NCBI GenBank assembly: GCA_951406725.2
Contig: OX597818.1
Location: 31,372,001-31,436,000, forward strand
DNA length: 64,000 bases
Reading direction: 5' to 3'
Origin: Octopus vulgaris
Lineage: Eukaryota
Both the position numbers and the translations under genes were made by a program. Below, piece after piece: positions 37,126 to 52,896 of this stretch. The notes below the pieces were generated by a model. It did no database searches. It was not told the origin of the DNA and saw nothing but the letters and a program-made list of their open reading frames with translations. Every line of letters starts with the position of its first letter. Positions within the stretch are counted from its first letter, which is position 1.

Positions 37126-37809
37126 AAACGACTAGTTTAATATTGAAAACATTCAAATACATATACGTGTGTGTATATATATATGTGTGTGTGGTGCTCC
37201 AGCATGCCCCACAGTCAAATGACTGAAACAAGTAAAAGAATGTATGTGTATGTGTTTGGATGGGTTTTTGTGTGTGTATGGGTATTTTTTAAATTTTATT
37301 TTATCTAGTTTCAGCTCACGAGATGTGGCCATGCTGGAGCACCGCCATTTTTGTTGTATGTGTATATACAGACACAAACACACATGTATATATATATTGT
37401 CTGGAGTTTATCTCGTTATCCGAAGTATAGTAGCAACTGAGATTACAAGGTTTCTCACCAGGTCGAATCTTTAGTTAATGGTTGTGCTCACAAGGAACGT
37501 GATGTACATTACTCATGGATACGAGGGTGCTGCCTAGTTGAACTCACAACCTTAGCATTGTGAACCTAACGCCCTAACGACTAAGCCACGCATCTTCGCA
37601 CATAAACGCACTTGTGTGTGTGTGTGTATAACTGTATGTTTGTATGTGCATGTGTGTGTGTGTGTGTGTGTGTGCGTGTGTACGTGGGCGTATTTGTATG
37701 AGTATGACTTTAGTGTGTATATGTGTGTCTGCACTTGAATAAGCCTGAATTTTACACTTAGACTTGCACACACACACACATATGCGCACCGAGTATATAT
37801 CTATCTATA

Positions 37810-37921
<112 letters not shown>

Positions 37922-38865
37922 CTTATCGGCACATATTCGAATAGTCTAAGACACACGCAGAATATGTCCTAAATTGTGGGTAATCTCGTTTCAAGATCTT
38001 CATAATTGGCTGATATTGCCTAAAAATATAGTAAATGATCTTGATAAGATGGATGGTGACCGTATTTGGATTTTAATTGGGTTATCCTCTCACACAAGTG
38101 TATCCCTATTTCATTTGTCAGATAATCTGATAAAGGAATCGCTGGTCCTTAAGTTCTTATTTTATTTGAGTTGTTGTGCGTGTACCTGATAAGCGTTTGA
38201 TTCTATCGCATATAACTTTTCACAGCAAACGTAAAGTTTCTTTTGTTAGGTGTTAGGAAAACAGAAAAAGAAAAGAATAAATGAAAAAAAAAAGGTTTAG
38301 ACGTGTCTTTTGAAACGTGAATCTTTCGCTTAATTGGAGATCACGCATACTTCTCTATCGCTCTCTCATCTTCCTCCTCCTCTCTCGCCGTCACTTGAGG
38401 CCTCGTAATAAATATCGTTACCGAATCATTTAGAGACACGTCAAAAGGATGTGAGACTTGCATCTTTAGTGTCCCACAGGGTTAGTATCAGGGATAGTAT
38501 CCAGCACCAATCACTGGAGCGTGAAGATGACGAACAACATTTTTCCCTTCTGGAAAGTCTTCCACTATGATATATTACATGTTATTTTCAGGGATGAACT
38601 TGTGTTTAATATCCTGTTGAATTACATGTCTTTCAGGGAAAAAACATTTTCAGAAGTGTAATATCAAGTCAGTAGAAGTCAGAATAACAAATATTCATGA
38701 CAAGAAAACATGAAAATTTGGATGCAGTTTATTCGGCCGCAACATTTTCTTCAAGGAAATTATAGCATGGCATTTTTAGTTTTAGTTTAGTTTTTCTTTC
38801 TAAATAATAAAGAATGAAATAGAATTTTCCTGCCCTTGTCAAAAAATAGTGAAAATAGAATTATA

Positions 38866-39431
38866 TTGGGTTTTCTGGAAAGTTTGTGCCAATTTTTAAA
38901 AGAAAGAAAAAGGTCAATAAATACTTGTCATTACATTTTTAATCAACCAAATATGAACCATTTTGTTGCACAATGCGTCTCCATCTTTCCTTTAACTTGA
39001 AAATACCCTCTTATCAGAATTGAGGTGGTTTCATGGCAAAGAATTCATCAAGGTATCTTTTTACGTCATCCAAGGAATTGAAATTTTTACCATTAAGACT
39101 ATTCTGCAGAGACCTGAATAAGTGGAAACCCGAAGGAGCAATATCTGGTGAATATTGAGGGTGGGGTAATACATCCCAGCCGAGCTGCAGCAATTTTTGT
39201 CTGGTTCCCAAAGCATCAAGTGTCGAAAATGAACTTTCTTCTCTTCCATTTTAAAGGGTTACAGAATTAACACAGGTTCTAGGAACGTAAACCTTCTTCC
39301 ACGAAAAGATAACTTAAACTGTGCTCTAAATGGAGGTGTAGTCAAATCCTAATTTATGGACTCCACCATGTTCTAAAATAAGTCGAAAGGTAAGCTACTA
39401 TAAATCGGCACGAACTTTCTGGACAACCCAA
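38866..39431 (-). mobile_element. Internally deleted mariner (566 bp)
   Basis: TIRs of about 30 bp (ttgggttttctggaaagtttgtgccaattt / aaatcggcacgaactttctggacaacccaa), TA at 38864-65 and 39432-33; MEEKKVHFRHLMLWE joined to TRQKLLQLGWDVLPHPQYSPDIAPS. Confidence 0.93.
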
Positions 39432-39968
39432 TAGTTTGAAAATCCAGTGTTCGTCATTGGGGCAATATTTAATTAAAATTGTCCTGAAATAACATCGGTT
39501 ATTGACTTGCTGTCTTAAAAAGTTCGTAAAATATATGTTTCACTCAGTAAGTCCGCAAGAGATAGTCTGCATATATTAAGTATTATATAATTTGAAGGCA
39601 ATTTTCATGACACAAAATAACCATTATAACTTTCCATATAACAAATAAAGCAATTATCATTTTAAAATAATTCTAAATGAAAAAGTTTGCATGTGATCTT
39701 CGGAGGATTTCGTTTATAGAAAACCTCAGTAACGTAATAAAATATAATCATGCTTCAGGAGGCAGATATCCATTGTCGAATAGTGTTTAAGAATATAGTA
39801 GAAAATGCAATATTTCAAAGTTATCAAAAGGTTTCGGTAAGTTATTCGTCCTAATAATTGTAACGCTTTTGTTACCACACGGTTATCGTCTAAGTTAAGT
39901 CATGCGATTTTATATTTTAATAGTGTAAGCGCGATATCATGTTTCTGAATCCGTGTATTATCTAGCTC

Positions 39969-40018
<50 letters not shown>

Positions 40019-40391
40019 GTGGAGGCGCAATGGCCAAGTGGTTAGGGCAGTGGATTCGCGATCGTAGGATCGCGGTTTCGATTCCCAGACCGGGCGGTGT
40101 AAGTGTTTATTGAGTGAAAATACCTAAGGCTCCACGAGGCTCCAGCAGGGGGCGGAGTGAACCCTGCTGTACTCTTTCACCACAACTTTCTCTCACTCTT
40201 TCTTCCAATTTCTGTTATACCTGTATTTCAAAGATTCAGCCTTGTCACTCTGCATCACGCTGAATCTCCCCGAGAACTACGTTAAGAGTGTCTGTGGAAT
40301 GCTCAGCCACTTGCACGTTACTTTCACAAGCTGGCTGTTCCGTTGATCGGATCAACTGGGGCCCTCGTGGTCGCAACCGACGGAGTGCCAC
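40019..40391 (+). mobile_element. SINE family C, tail type 1
   Basis: Colinear with 18238-18624. Confidence 0.9.
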
Positions 40392-40429
40392 TAATATATA
40401 TTTATATAATGCGTGTGTAAATGTGTATA

Positions 40430-40461
<32 letters not shown>

Positions 40462-40579
40462 CTACTGTTGTAGGATGATTGTATTAAATATTTTGTATTT
40501 GTCTTGTCTGAAAGATGATGCTATACTGATGTCCTTTCGAGTCCTTCTGAGAATAGTGACACCGGTATAATTGAGGTAC

Positions 40580-40860
40580 TTTTGAACAGTGGTTTGTCGA
40601 CAACTGGTAGAGAAAAATGAACAGGGACAGAATTTCGGAAGATGTGGATAAGAGGAAGGACTGGGCTTGATAATTTTGGCTGTATTTATCGGTTAGAAAT
40701 TATATGGAGAACACTAGAAGTGAGAAATTAGTCAGGGATGCTGAAGGAAGTTTGCACGAACCCAGCCAGCTCCGAAGGGTAGTAATTATTGTTGTAGCGG
40801 TAGAAAAGGCACATAGAGAGTTGACACAATGCAGGTAAGGAAACAGACAGGGTAATTGTG
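40580..40860 (-). mobile_element. Degenerate CR1-group (L2/Daphne-like) LINE C-terminal fragment
   Basis: Minus strand SMCLFYRYNNNYYPSELA...QSFL...RNSVPVHF...LFK resembles the SLFYRYY..CS.ELA...SF..RT..LWNSLP pattern. Confidence 0.5.
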
Positions 40861-41246
40861 AACGATTTCATGACAGTGACTGAACATGGTCAAGGATGTT
40901 TCTATTTAAGTAAGACCACGGCCTAGATACTACAACAGCATTGATTATAGTGTTAGTTGCTCTATGTAGAGCGTAAGAAATACTTGAGGACCACAGTATT
41001 TTCTAAACCTGAAGAGGAAGGTTAATGTTTGTAACATGGTCGTTCTATGTTGAACTCTTGCGTTCGATAGAAGATTTTGCTTCCAATTTTCTTCCAATAT
41101 TACGTGCGTACGTAAGTATAGAATGTTTGCTATTATATATATACATTACACAGACACACACAGACACACACAGACACACACACAGACACACACACACACA
41201 TATATATATGTATATATATATATGTATATATATATATATGTATATA

Positions 41247-41313
<67 letters not shown>

Positions 41314-41316
<3 letters not shown>

Positions 41317-41512
41317 AAGTTAATCCAAACATGAAAACACAAAGAGAAAACAACAACGCGAGGACGTGGAACAAATATAGTATAATTGGACGCTCAGGAA
41401 GAAAGGGAAGAAGGAGGGTTTAACGTTTCGAGCGGAGCTCTTCGTCAGAAACATAGGAAAAGGAAAGATCCAGAGAAGGGAAGACGGAGGAAAAAAATCG
41501 CCAACGGTACAC
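41314..41512 (-). mobile_element. Penelope-like pseudo-LTR fragment
   Basis: Contains a minimal hammerhead; homologous to 49908-50092; abuts (TA)n. Confidence 0.65.
41418..41452 (-). ncRNA. Ultra-minimal type I hammerhead motif
   Basis: Minus strand GTTT-CTGACGA-A-GAGC-TCC-GCTC-GAAACGTT/AAAC; stem III is only the palindrome ACGT, so it could form only as a dimer. Confidence 0.6.
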
Positions 41513-41601
41513 TAAAATATTTATTTCTTACACTTCTCTGACCTTTGGATATTTTAAGGAAACAAAATGTTCATTCTTTCTCAAGGGCACCAGTAACGTC
41601 A

Positions 41602-41683
<82 letters not shown>

Positions 41684-42544
41684 AAACACTACTTTGAAAT
41701 TCATTTGATGTGGACTGATTGCTGAGTCCTTATGAGGAGCTTATTGTGATTGCTGCATAAGTCTTTGAATCCACATCTCATTCTCCTTATTTATATATAC
41801 ATATATATTATACACCCCCCACACACATACGCACACACACACACACACGTATACATACATACATATATATATATATGTGTGCGCGTGTATGTGTATACAT
41901 ACATACATTCATACATATATATACACAGACACATACAGATAGTAACGTATCGTATTTTATATCGTACATTGGAGCCATTCTTTGTTCCAAAAGATCCTCA
42001 ACTTGTTCACTTGTTAGAAATGCTAGCTAAATCATACAGTGATTTATTGAAAGCAGTAAAATTATTATTGTAATCCAAGATATACTGTATATTAAAAAAA
42101 ATACCATGATATTGTTGTAACACTTTCCGTCATACGCGCAATTTACACTTTTGAGCTGTAATTGTATTATAACGTTCTAAAATCAACTCTATTGACGATA
42201 GTAATTCTGACAAATATAGGAAATCTATTAGTCGAGTGAGACATTTCTGTGTTATTACAACACATCAATAAAAGAGAAAAGAAATAATTTTACGCATTTC
42301 AAACAAAATACCTTAATATTGTATGATAAATACTGTGACATCATAGTGTTAGTAAAACCATTATCACCTCCTCCAAAATCCCTTTGCCAGACGGTTATTC
42401 ACATAATATATATATAATATATATCATATGTACTTATATATAATCCAATTTGTATTAAGGTGTCGAATATATATATATAAAACAAACACACACGCACACA
42501 CACAGGCATACATACACATCTATAACTATATAAGTATTTGTATT

Positions 42545-43860
<1,316 letters not shown>

Positions 43861-43886
43861 GTATCCGTTATACATACATACATAAT

Positions 43887-43917
<31 letters not shown>

Positions 43918-43923
43918 CATATT

Positions 43924-43968
43924 TCATCATCATCGTTTAACGTCCGCTTTCCATGCTAGCATGGGTTA
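43924..43968 (-). mobile_element. Retroposon 3' tip with (GAT)n tail
   Basis: Minus strand aacccatgctagcatggaaagcggacgttaaacgatgatgatga: stem-loop plus tandem tail typical of RTE-related LINE/SINE ends. Confidence 0.5.
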
Positions 43969-44076
43969 TACATATAATGTATAAACATACATAGATACAG
44001 CAACTCCCCCTATCCACAAGAATATACAATATGACTGTATATAGCGAGCAAGCGAGAGAGAGAGAGAGAGAGAGAG

Positions 44077-44121
<45 letters not shown>

Positions 44122-44809
44122 CATACACACGCACAAAACGAAAGAAGGAACGAGGGAAATTCAGAGAGCAAGGGAGATACAGAAGACAGAGAGAAAGAGT
44201 GTCAGGGCGAATGAGTGAGAGAGAGAAAGAGAACGTGTGTATGTGTGTGTATGTGTGTGTGCGTGTGCGTGAGAGAGAGGGAGAGATAGAGAAGGAGAAA
44301 CATGGGAAGGCACTAAGATACAGAGAATGAGATAATTTGAAGAAACAAAGCAAAGTATCTCCAAATAATATGTCAAGTGATCCACCTAGTTACCCCCTTC
44401 GAGCGATATCTTTGGCAAATTTTCTGAACTCTGGTCTCTGTCTGAGAGAAGAAACAGCTATGGCCTTATACATGAAATATATACAAAGTCTACAGACAAT
44501 TCTCCAACACAAAGACTCAGTGATTACTGTAAGTATTAAGGAACGAGTAGATTTTAAGTACTTCTGAGAAAGGTCAACAGAGGAACAATTTATAATAACA
44601 ACTGACACATCAGAACAACAAATGTTGGTTTGGCGGTGGTAGAAAATAGCTTAAAAAAATTTGGTGTTTATAAGTACATACATACCTCCGCTCTCTCTCT
44701 CTCACACACACACACACATACACACACACACATACACACACACACATACACACACACATGCACACATACACACATACACGTATATGTGAGTGTATATATA
44801 TATGTATAC

Positions 44810-44855
<46 letters not shown>

Positions 44856-44860
44856 ACCTA

Positions 44861-44900
<40 letters not shown>

Positions 44901-45046
44901 TATATATGTATGTATGTATAAGAATAATGCAAGCAAAATGTCAGTGGAGCAAAGAGACTGGACGGTCTAGTGTGGGGGAAGAAGAATTAAATAGAATATA
45001 AAAAGAAAGGTAGAAATCAAGGAAGAAAAAGAGAAAGAAGGAAGGA

Positions 45047-45118
<72 letters not shown>

Positions 45119-45297
45119 AAAAAGATGGAAGAAAAGAAGACACCGTTACGTAGTGAAGATTTTGTAAAACGTATAAACAGAAATAAAACGGGTTGTGAGA
45201 ATAAGGGGAGAGAGAAATAAGGGCAACTTGTAGAGAATTGCAGAAATGAGGGAGATTAGACAAAAAGAAAAATAAGTCAGAAGATTCTAAAGAAACA

Positions 45298-45650
45298 ATA
45301 GTTTCTAATTTTGGTGCAAGGCCGGCAAGTTCGGAGTAAATGTAAGTCGAGTGCAACAACCCTTGGGACTAACTGGTACTTATTTTATCGATCTCGAAAT
45401 GATGAAAGGCGAATGAAATATATATTTCTTTACTACCCACAAGAGGTTAAACACATAGAGGACAAACAAGGACAGACAAACGGGTTAAGTCGAAAATCTG
45501 GACCCCAGTGCGTAACTGGTACTTAATTTATCGACCCCGAAAGGATAGAAGGCAAAGTCGACCTCAGGAATTTGAACTCAGAACGTAACGGTTGACGAAA
45601 TACGGCTACGCATTTCGCTCGGCGTGCTAACGATTCTGCTAGTTCGATGC
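45298..45650 (-). mobile_element. Tandem SINE family B
   Basis: Two cores, with junction at atttctttactacccac (about 45424). Confidence 0.8.
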
Positions 45651-45974
45651 TTTGCTCTAAAGAAATAATAGTAAAAAACAGAAGTATGGTCGTTGGATTT
45701 GCTTGAAACAGTATCCAAAGTAAGGAATGAGATTTTGCCTAATGTGCCTTTAGATACGCCGAGAATATTCGGTATGGTCTCGGTTAGAAAGTTTGCACAA
45801 TCAAGGTTATCGAGGGGTGAAAAACCAAGGAAGTTTACACGAAAGAAAATGGGGAAACTAAGCTTAGAAAACATTTTCATTGCTTTTTCGTAAGGTTTAG
45901 CTTCTAGTTTGGGACTATGGGCAAGCGAGAGACGTTCAGGCTCTGACCAACTTGTCTTTTGTTTAGATGGAATA

Positions 45975-46190
45975 TTGGTTTCACATATTGGTATAAGCCC
46001 AGCAAGTTCAGGGGAGGACGTAAGTCGATTAAATCGAACTCAGAACTCAACTGGTACTTATTTTGTCGACCGCGAAAGGAAGAAAAGCAAAGTCGACTTC
46101 GGCGGAATTTGAACTCATAACGTAAAGACGAACGAAATGCTGCTGAACATTTTGGTCGGTGTGCTAACGATTCTGCCAGCTTGCCTCATT
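45975..46190 (-). mobile_element. SINE family B
   Basis: caactggtacttattttgtcgac...ggaatttgaactc...gctaacgattctgccagc. Confidence 0.8.
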
Positions 46191-46937
46191 ATTGCAATAC
46201 GATGAACATAAGGTGCCAAGTGAGCCACTTTTGGTAAACAGAAATGATGATGTAGGATGAACCGAACATCCAGCTAAGGTGCCCCACGCTACCTTACGTA
46301 GACACTGTATTCCTGACTACTTTATCTAACTAGTCTTTCGAGTTTTTGAGGCGGTATGTGGTAGTTTAATGGCGAATTGGCTGTTATTTCTAGCAAGAAA
46401 ATCAACTGCATTGAGGTGCCTCTGCTGGGTCAAATTATTTTTATTTTTTATTTGTATTTGTGTTCGTTATGAATCTTCTGATATGATGTATTGTTTCGGA
46501 CGTAAACATTCCTCAAAAACAAGACCTTGTCTTTCTTTTATACTTTTTATATTTGATCTGGTTTCTGTCAATGATCCACAACAACGTGCGCGGCTCTTTC
46601 ATCTGTTTCCCTCTAGAGTATAGCCGCCCGCTAATACTTTCTTCTGGTACATGATTTATCGTACAACAGCTAAGGCAACTTCAGAGCAGAGAGACGTGAA
46701 CGAGACCTCATCAAATTTCACTATTTCTTACCGACACTCAGAAATACACACATGTATATACATACATACATACACATGCACATATATATAATGCAAGGAT
46801 GCACTTATTGATGGTAGTCTGATAAAGTGCAGCTCATAAACTGCGTAACTTTTCACATGAAATCACTTCTGTACAACAAAATGGAGCGGTATCGAAACAT
46901 TTGTAACTAATAATAAAGATGTCCTGACCTCAATCTT

Positions 46938-47243
46938 GTGGAGGCACATGGTCTAAAGGTTAGAGCAGCAGATTCGCGCTCGAGGGATCGCGGGTTCGAA
47001 TCTCAGACCGGGCGATGTGTGTGTTTATGAGCGAAACACCTAAGTTCCACGCGGCTCCGGCAGAAGTTAATGGAGAACTTCTGCTGACTCTTTCACCACA
47101 ACTTTCTCTGACTCTTTACTTCTGCATCTTGCAGCTCATCCGCGACGGACCGGCGTCCCGTCCAGGTGGGGAACCTATACGCCAAGGAAACCGGGAAACC
47201 GGCCCTCATGAGCCAGGCGTGACTCGAGAAGGAACAAACATCA
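46938..47243 (+). mobile_element. SINE family C, tail type 3, with 11-bp TSD
   Basis: TSD acctcaatctt at 46927-46937 and 47244-47254; B box gggttcgaatc. Confidence 0.93.
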
Positions 47244-47400
47244 ACCTCAATCTTCGGCTTCTTAATTGAATTATATTTTACTCGTTGTTTCACTCACACA
47301 TGGCATTTATCAGTGACTTACCTGGAATTTCTGTACAGATGGTCTTTCGATTTTTCTGCTAGTTTCCATTTCTAGACCGGAGGTAACCAGGAGTATATAC

Positions 47401-47440
<40 letters not shown>

Positions 47441-47800
47441 TCTATAGAGTGGCATTAACTTTCTATAAACTACTTCTATTCTCTGCTGGTTTTGAGTATT
47501 TTTTCAGCCGGATCATTCTTTAGCAACAGCATTCATACATGCATGCGTACTAATATGCAAGCGCATACGTATATACATATGTGGATATATGTGCGTATAT
47601 ATGTGTGTATGCGTGTACGTGCACACACGATGTTTAAAATATAATGAGCGAAAGGAAATAACACAAATGGGCCAATGGCACGAATTTGCATAATTAAATT
47701 AAATGCCCTACACCAATTACTCCTAATTAATTGAAAATTTCCTTTCAGATGGAGAAAGAAAACAAAGCACTAACAGCAACCGTTAGCGACTGTAAAATTA

Positions 47801-47867
<67 letters not shown>

Positions 47868-48299
47868 CGAGAGAGAGAGAGAGAGAGTATATGTACATAT
47901 GAATTATGAGCATGTATATGTGTGTGTATGTGTGCGCGTATGGGTGTTCACGTGTATATGTGTGCATGCGTCTGTCTCTAATACAGACATACATTTAATC
48001 CTGCTGTGTTAGTAGTGTCACCGTAAATTTTTCGGTCGTTAGTCTTTTACCAGTATGTCACTTTCGCTATACTTGAAATAATTTTGTTTACATATTTGTA
48101 AGAAGCTGTGTGATTCTAAATCCCGGAAGCTAGTGTGTGCGTGTGAAGTAAGATTCTTTAATTAGAAACAAATCTAGTGTGAGCCATCTTTGTCTTCTAA
48201 AGTTCATGTGTGTTATCCACGTACTTGATATTTTAAGTTTCCGAAATATAACTTATATAGGTTGACTACTTCATCATTACTAAAAAGAATTATTTCTAA

Positions 48300-48472
48300 C
48301 TAGCGGGACCCGTGAATATTTCACGGAATTAATGGTAAATCTATTTCTGAAAACTTTATCCAAAAAAACCCGAAGGCATAGCCTGTATGGAAAGATAGTC
48401 ACACATCCTACTATTCATTGAAAAATGAAAGAAATTGGAATACGATGATTACTTAATGCACTTTATATATAC
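48300..48472 (-). mobile_element. Probable short non-autonomous Helitron
   Basis: Minus-strand perfect hairpin CCGTGAA-ATA-TTCACGG then 6 nt and CTAG|T; the putative 5' end tatatataaagtg resembles that of the 20915 Helitron but lacks TC. Confidence 0.5.
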
Positions 48473-48839
48473 ACTTTGTATACTTTATGCACAGTTTTAT
48501 AGACTTAATACACAGCACTCATAAAATAAACATTCACTCTTATTTTTCCATTTTTACTATAAACAAACAAGAAAAATATCTTGTACCTATGGTACAGTCT
48601 TTAGTTAAATTGCATATGTCTGACACGTAAATAAGCGTGAATGTTTCATGGAATTGCACTTATGTGCATGCATTAAGTAATAAGTGATTATTAATACAAA
48701 AAGTTTAATTAAATAAAAACAGTTTTCACTATCCAATTAAAGCCACCACCACCTGCACCACCAATACCACCACCACCATCATCATAATCACCTCTCTCTC
48801 CCTCCTTTCTCTCTCTCTCTTTTCCCTCCTCTCTCCATC

Positions 48840-48875
<36 letters not shown>

Positions 48876-48937
48876 CTTTCTTTAATCTCACCATCAGAAC
48901 ATCTCACCTATGCTAAAATTTTAATCACGTAATAAAT

Positions 48938-49550
48938 ATTCTTTTCTACTCTAGGCACAAGGCCCGAAATTTTCGAGGGGGGAGCCAGTCGATTAGATCG
49001 ACCTCAGTGCGTAACTGGTACTTAATTTATCGACCCCGAAAGGATGAAAGGCAAAGTCGACCTCGGCGGAATTTGAACTTAGAACGTAAAAGCAAAGGAA
49101 ATACCTATTTCTTTACTACCCACAACGGACAAAACACAGAGGGGACAAACAAGGATAGACAAATGGATTAAGTCGATTAAATCGACCCCAATGCGTTACT
49201 GGTACTTATTTCATCGACCCCGAAAGGATGAAAGGCAAAGTCAACCTCGGCGGAATTTGAACTCAGAACGTAGCGGCAGACGAAATACCGCTAAGCATTT
49301 TGCCCGGCGTGCTAACGTTTCTGCCAGCTCGCAGCCTTATCGTTCTATTATTGGCATAAGGCCGGCAACTTTTTAAGAGGAAGTGTTTAGTCGATTACAT
49401 CTACTACAATACATAACTAATACATTATTTTAGCGAACCCGAAAGTATGAAAGGTAAAGCTGAACATGATGGGATTTGAGCTAAGAACGTCAGAGCCAGA
49501 AGAAATGCCGCTAAGAATTTTGTTCGACGCGCAAACCATTCTGCTAGGAA
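48938..49550 (-). mobile_element. Dimeric SINE family B plus an older third copy
   Basis: Cores at about 49040, 49225 and 49445. Confidence 0.9.
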
Positions 49551-49907
49551 CATTAATTGAAGAATAAACTTCTGATAATATTGATTTCTAACATAGGAAC
49601 AAAAATTAAAATTTCTGATGGCGCAGTGCAGTCGACACGTTCGACCTTAATTCCTGACTGTCACTTTATTTCATTGAATCAAAAAGGTTTTTAAGACTTT
49701 CCTAAGTTATTACTTTAGAATATGAAAGACTGTATTTAAATACTGTAATGTATTTTGTATGTTACACCAAAGATCATGCCAAAGGACCCTGTCTTATGGT
49801 CGATAAAATAATATTTGTCATGTATTATTTTTTTGTTAAATAGAGGTTATCGGTCTCCCGAAGAACGTGGCCATGGGTAATGCTTGGATATATATATACA
49901 TATATAT

Positions 49908-50088
49908 ATAGTTAATTCAAATAAACGACTAAAATTAACGGACAACAAGAGGAAGTGCACAAGGAATGTATCGGCTTGACGTTCGCTAAAAGGAGAGTGT
50001 TTGACGTTTCGAGCATAGCTCTCCGTCGGAAAGAAGAAAAAAAGATCCAAAGATGGAAAAGAAATCGCCAACAACACGTGTAAACACG

Positions 50089-50092
<4 letters not shown>
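49908..50092 (-). mobile_element. Penelope-like pseudo-LTR fragment with mutated hammerhead (49999-50032)
   Basis: Minus strand TTT-CCGACGG-A-GAGC-TAT-GCTC-GAAACGTC/AAA; homologous to 41314-41512. Confidence 0.6.
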
Positions 50093-50141
<49 letters not shown>

Positions 50142-50495
50142 ACTACACAACACACATACACAAACATACGAGACACACTCACACACACAATAACACACAT
50201 ATCCGAAACACGATTTTTGATTGAGGATAAATTTCACCTAAGAATATTCTAGTACACTGGATAAACAAGCCGCCAAGAAAAAACTTATAAGCCCTAATGA
50301 AACCATATTTTATAACTAATTTCACTCTATTTTTATTATTGTGTCCCTCAATGAGTAAATATATTGTTAGGCTTAAAACTTCTTTAAAATAAAAATAAAC
50401 TGAAACTAACAAAATACACACACATACACACAAACACACACACACGCATACACACATGAACACGCGCATATGCATATATATGTCTCTCTCTCTCT

Positions 50496-50546
<51 letters not shown>

Positions 50547-50709
50547 CACACATGCTCGCGCACACACACGTTTTTTAAAATAAAAATAAAATAAAAATAA
50601 TATATTTTTTATTTCTATTTTATTTAAATTCAGGCTTTAATTTTTATTTCAAAGAAATATAATTCTTTAATATATATATATAATTTCATATAATTTATAC
50701 AATTATATG

Positions 50710-50750
<41 letters not shown>

Positions 50751-51105
50751 ACACACATAAATGAGTCCTATTAATAAGCATAATGAGAAAGATGAAATTC
50801 AAACTGCAGATAAAATAAAATTCAAGGATGATGATACTGATGACGGAGAAGATGATGTGGAGGAGATTAGAAGAGAAAGAACAAGAAACGTAGAGTTTAA
50901 ACATTGAATTTCTTTGTAGAATAATACATGTGTAGCTGCCTCCAGATAGCGCATTTAGAAAGTTTTATTATTGCTACACTAAAAAAGCTAAAACTAAAAA
51001 AAAAAGGAAATGGTGGTAGAAGCGATTGTGACGGCGTTTAGGTATGCTATACATTAATGATTATGTGAAGGTTCCCGTTTGTGCGTATCTGTTTACCGTT
51101 TATGG

Positions 51106-51173
<68 letters not shown>

Positions 51174-51609
51174 TGTGTGTGATTATACACATGGCTGTCT
51201 ACATGTACGTGTGTGTGACCGTGCTTGTAATTCGTTAACGAAACATGTCAAAATGGTTTGAAATCGGTTCCGTCTATAACACCAATGGGGTTATATAGTC
51301 TAAGAGAACATTTTTAGTCTTTTATATCTCTGGCTTTTTTTATTTTGATCGCTATTTATTCTTTATTTCTTCATTTATTGATCGTTTTCTGGTTTATGTG
51401 TTTTTTTTTAATTTAGATATTGTTTTCTACAAAACATTTCTCTCGAGGGTGGAACACTTCCATCTCAGCGACGCAGAAGCGCATTCTTCGACACTGTAAA
51501 ACACAGGTTCAACATAGTGTTTATACATCTATGATATTTGTCTACTGGAGGCCAAAACTGTGATTTTTTAACCCCTTCTCTCTCTCTCTTCCTCTCACTC
51601 TCTTACATG

Positions 51610-51648
<39 letters not shown>

Positions 51649-52896
51649 ACATACACACACACATCCTCATTTCGGATTCCCCACTCTTTTTTTTTTATTT
51701 GTCCTCAAATAAATAAACCTAGCAAACGGTCGGAATAAACAGTGGCACGCTGAAGGGTCCAATTAGAGTTTATTTGTTCAACATCAGGCTAAGATGTCAA
51801 GGGGCTTCTATCACTCTCTCTCTCTTTTCCTCTCTCTCCTCCCCTTTCTCTCTCTTTCTCTTTCAGCCTTGTTCTTTCATTTTCCCTTAAATCTTCTCTC
51901 ATTCATAGCTTCTTATTTCTTCCCTTTCAATTCACTATTACTCCTTCTTCTTCTCTATTCCCCTTTTCCTCTTGCTTTACCTTTCTTCTTGGTCCCAGTC
52001 ATTCTCACATATATTCCCTGCAATTCACTATTCACGATTCTCTCGATCTCCTCTTCTCTCTCTACACTCCAAGAACACCCACTCGATATCTCTATTTCCC
52101 TCCATTCTACATCTCATCTTTCTCCTCTACCTGTTCTTTCTGTACCTTTATTTCACTATGTTACATAACGGTTCTCTTTTGTCAGATTCCAAATGTATAT
52201 TGAGTACATTGAGGTTTCTTAGTTTATCGAACTAAACGTTTTAATGAATCGTCGACAAGCTATCATCCACTTAGTAATGTAGTTCGTATGTATGGAGCAT
52301 TCTCCAAAGGTACACTTCTTACAAATGGCAGCAGATCATTACATAACTGGTTGGGTCTTAAGTGCATCACAAAAGTATTTATCTTTATTTGTTATATTTA
52401 GAGAAAGGAAACTTATTGTGAGTTCGTACCTCTCAAGATGCAAACGGATAAACTCAGTTTTCAAAGACAAAAGAAAAACAAGATATTGAAAATTACAAGA
52501 AAATACTCGTTAACTTTACCATAGTGTCATTGCTTACATTTGTGATTAGTTCACATAGTATGATTAGATGGGTTTTTTTTTATCTAATGGAACTGAAAAT
52601 CTATTGTTTGCAGGATACGAACTGTCAACTGGTAAAGTTAGTGACCACTAAGTCATTAACGAGTTTTTGTAAAGGAATTACAAACAAGGTATTTCTACAT
52701 GGTTGTTCAGCCTGATAGCAATGGCAGCCAAATCTCCCTCAAGATGACATTCTTCATGAAAAAGTAGGTGCATACTGCACAATTTGGCCCGTGATTTATA
52801 AAACAGATTTGGATCAAGGATCAGTCACATTTATTCAATTGGCTGCTCTACTGGAATTGACGCGAGCTTTTAACAATAACAGTAGCAGCAACAACA

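Noticed and set aside
45670-45895. Non-repetitive stretch open on both strands (66-100 aa)
   Set aside because: No recognisable domain or convincing splice sites; short length is compatible with chance
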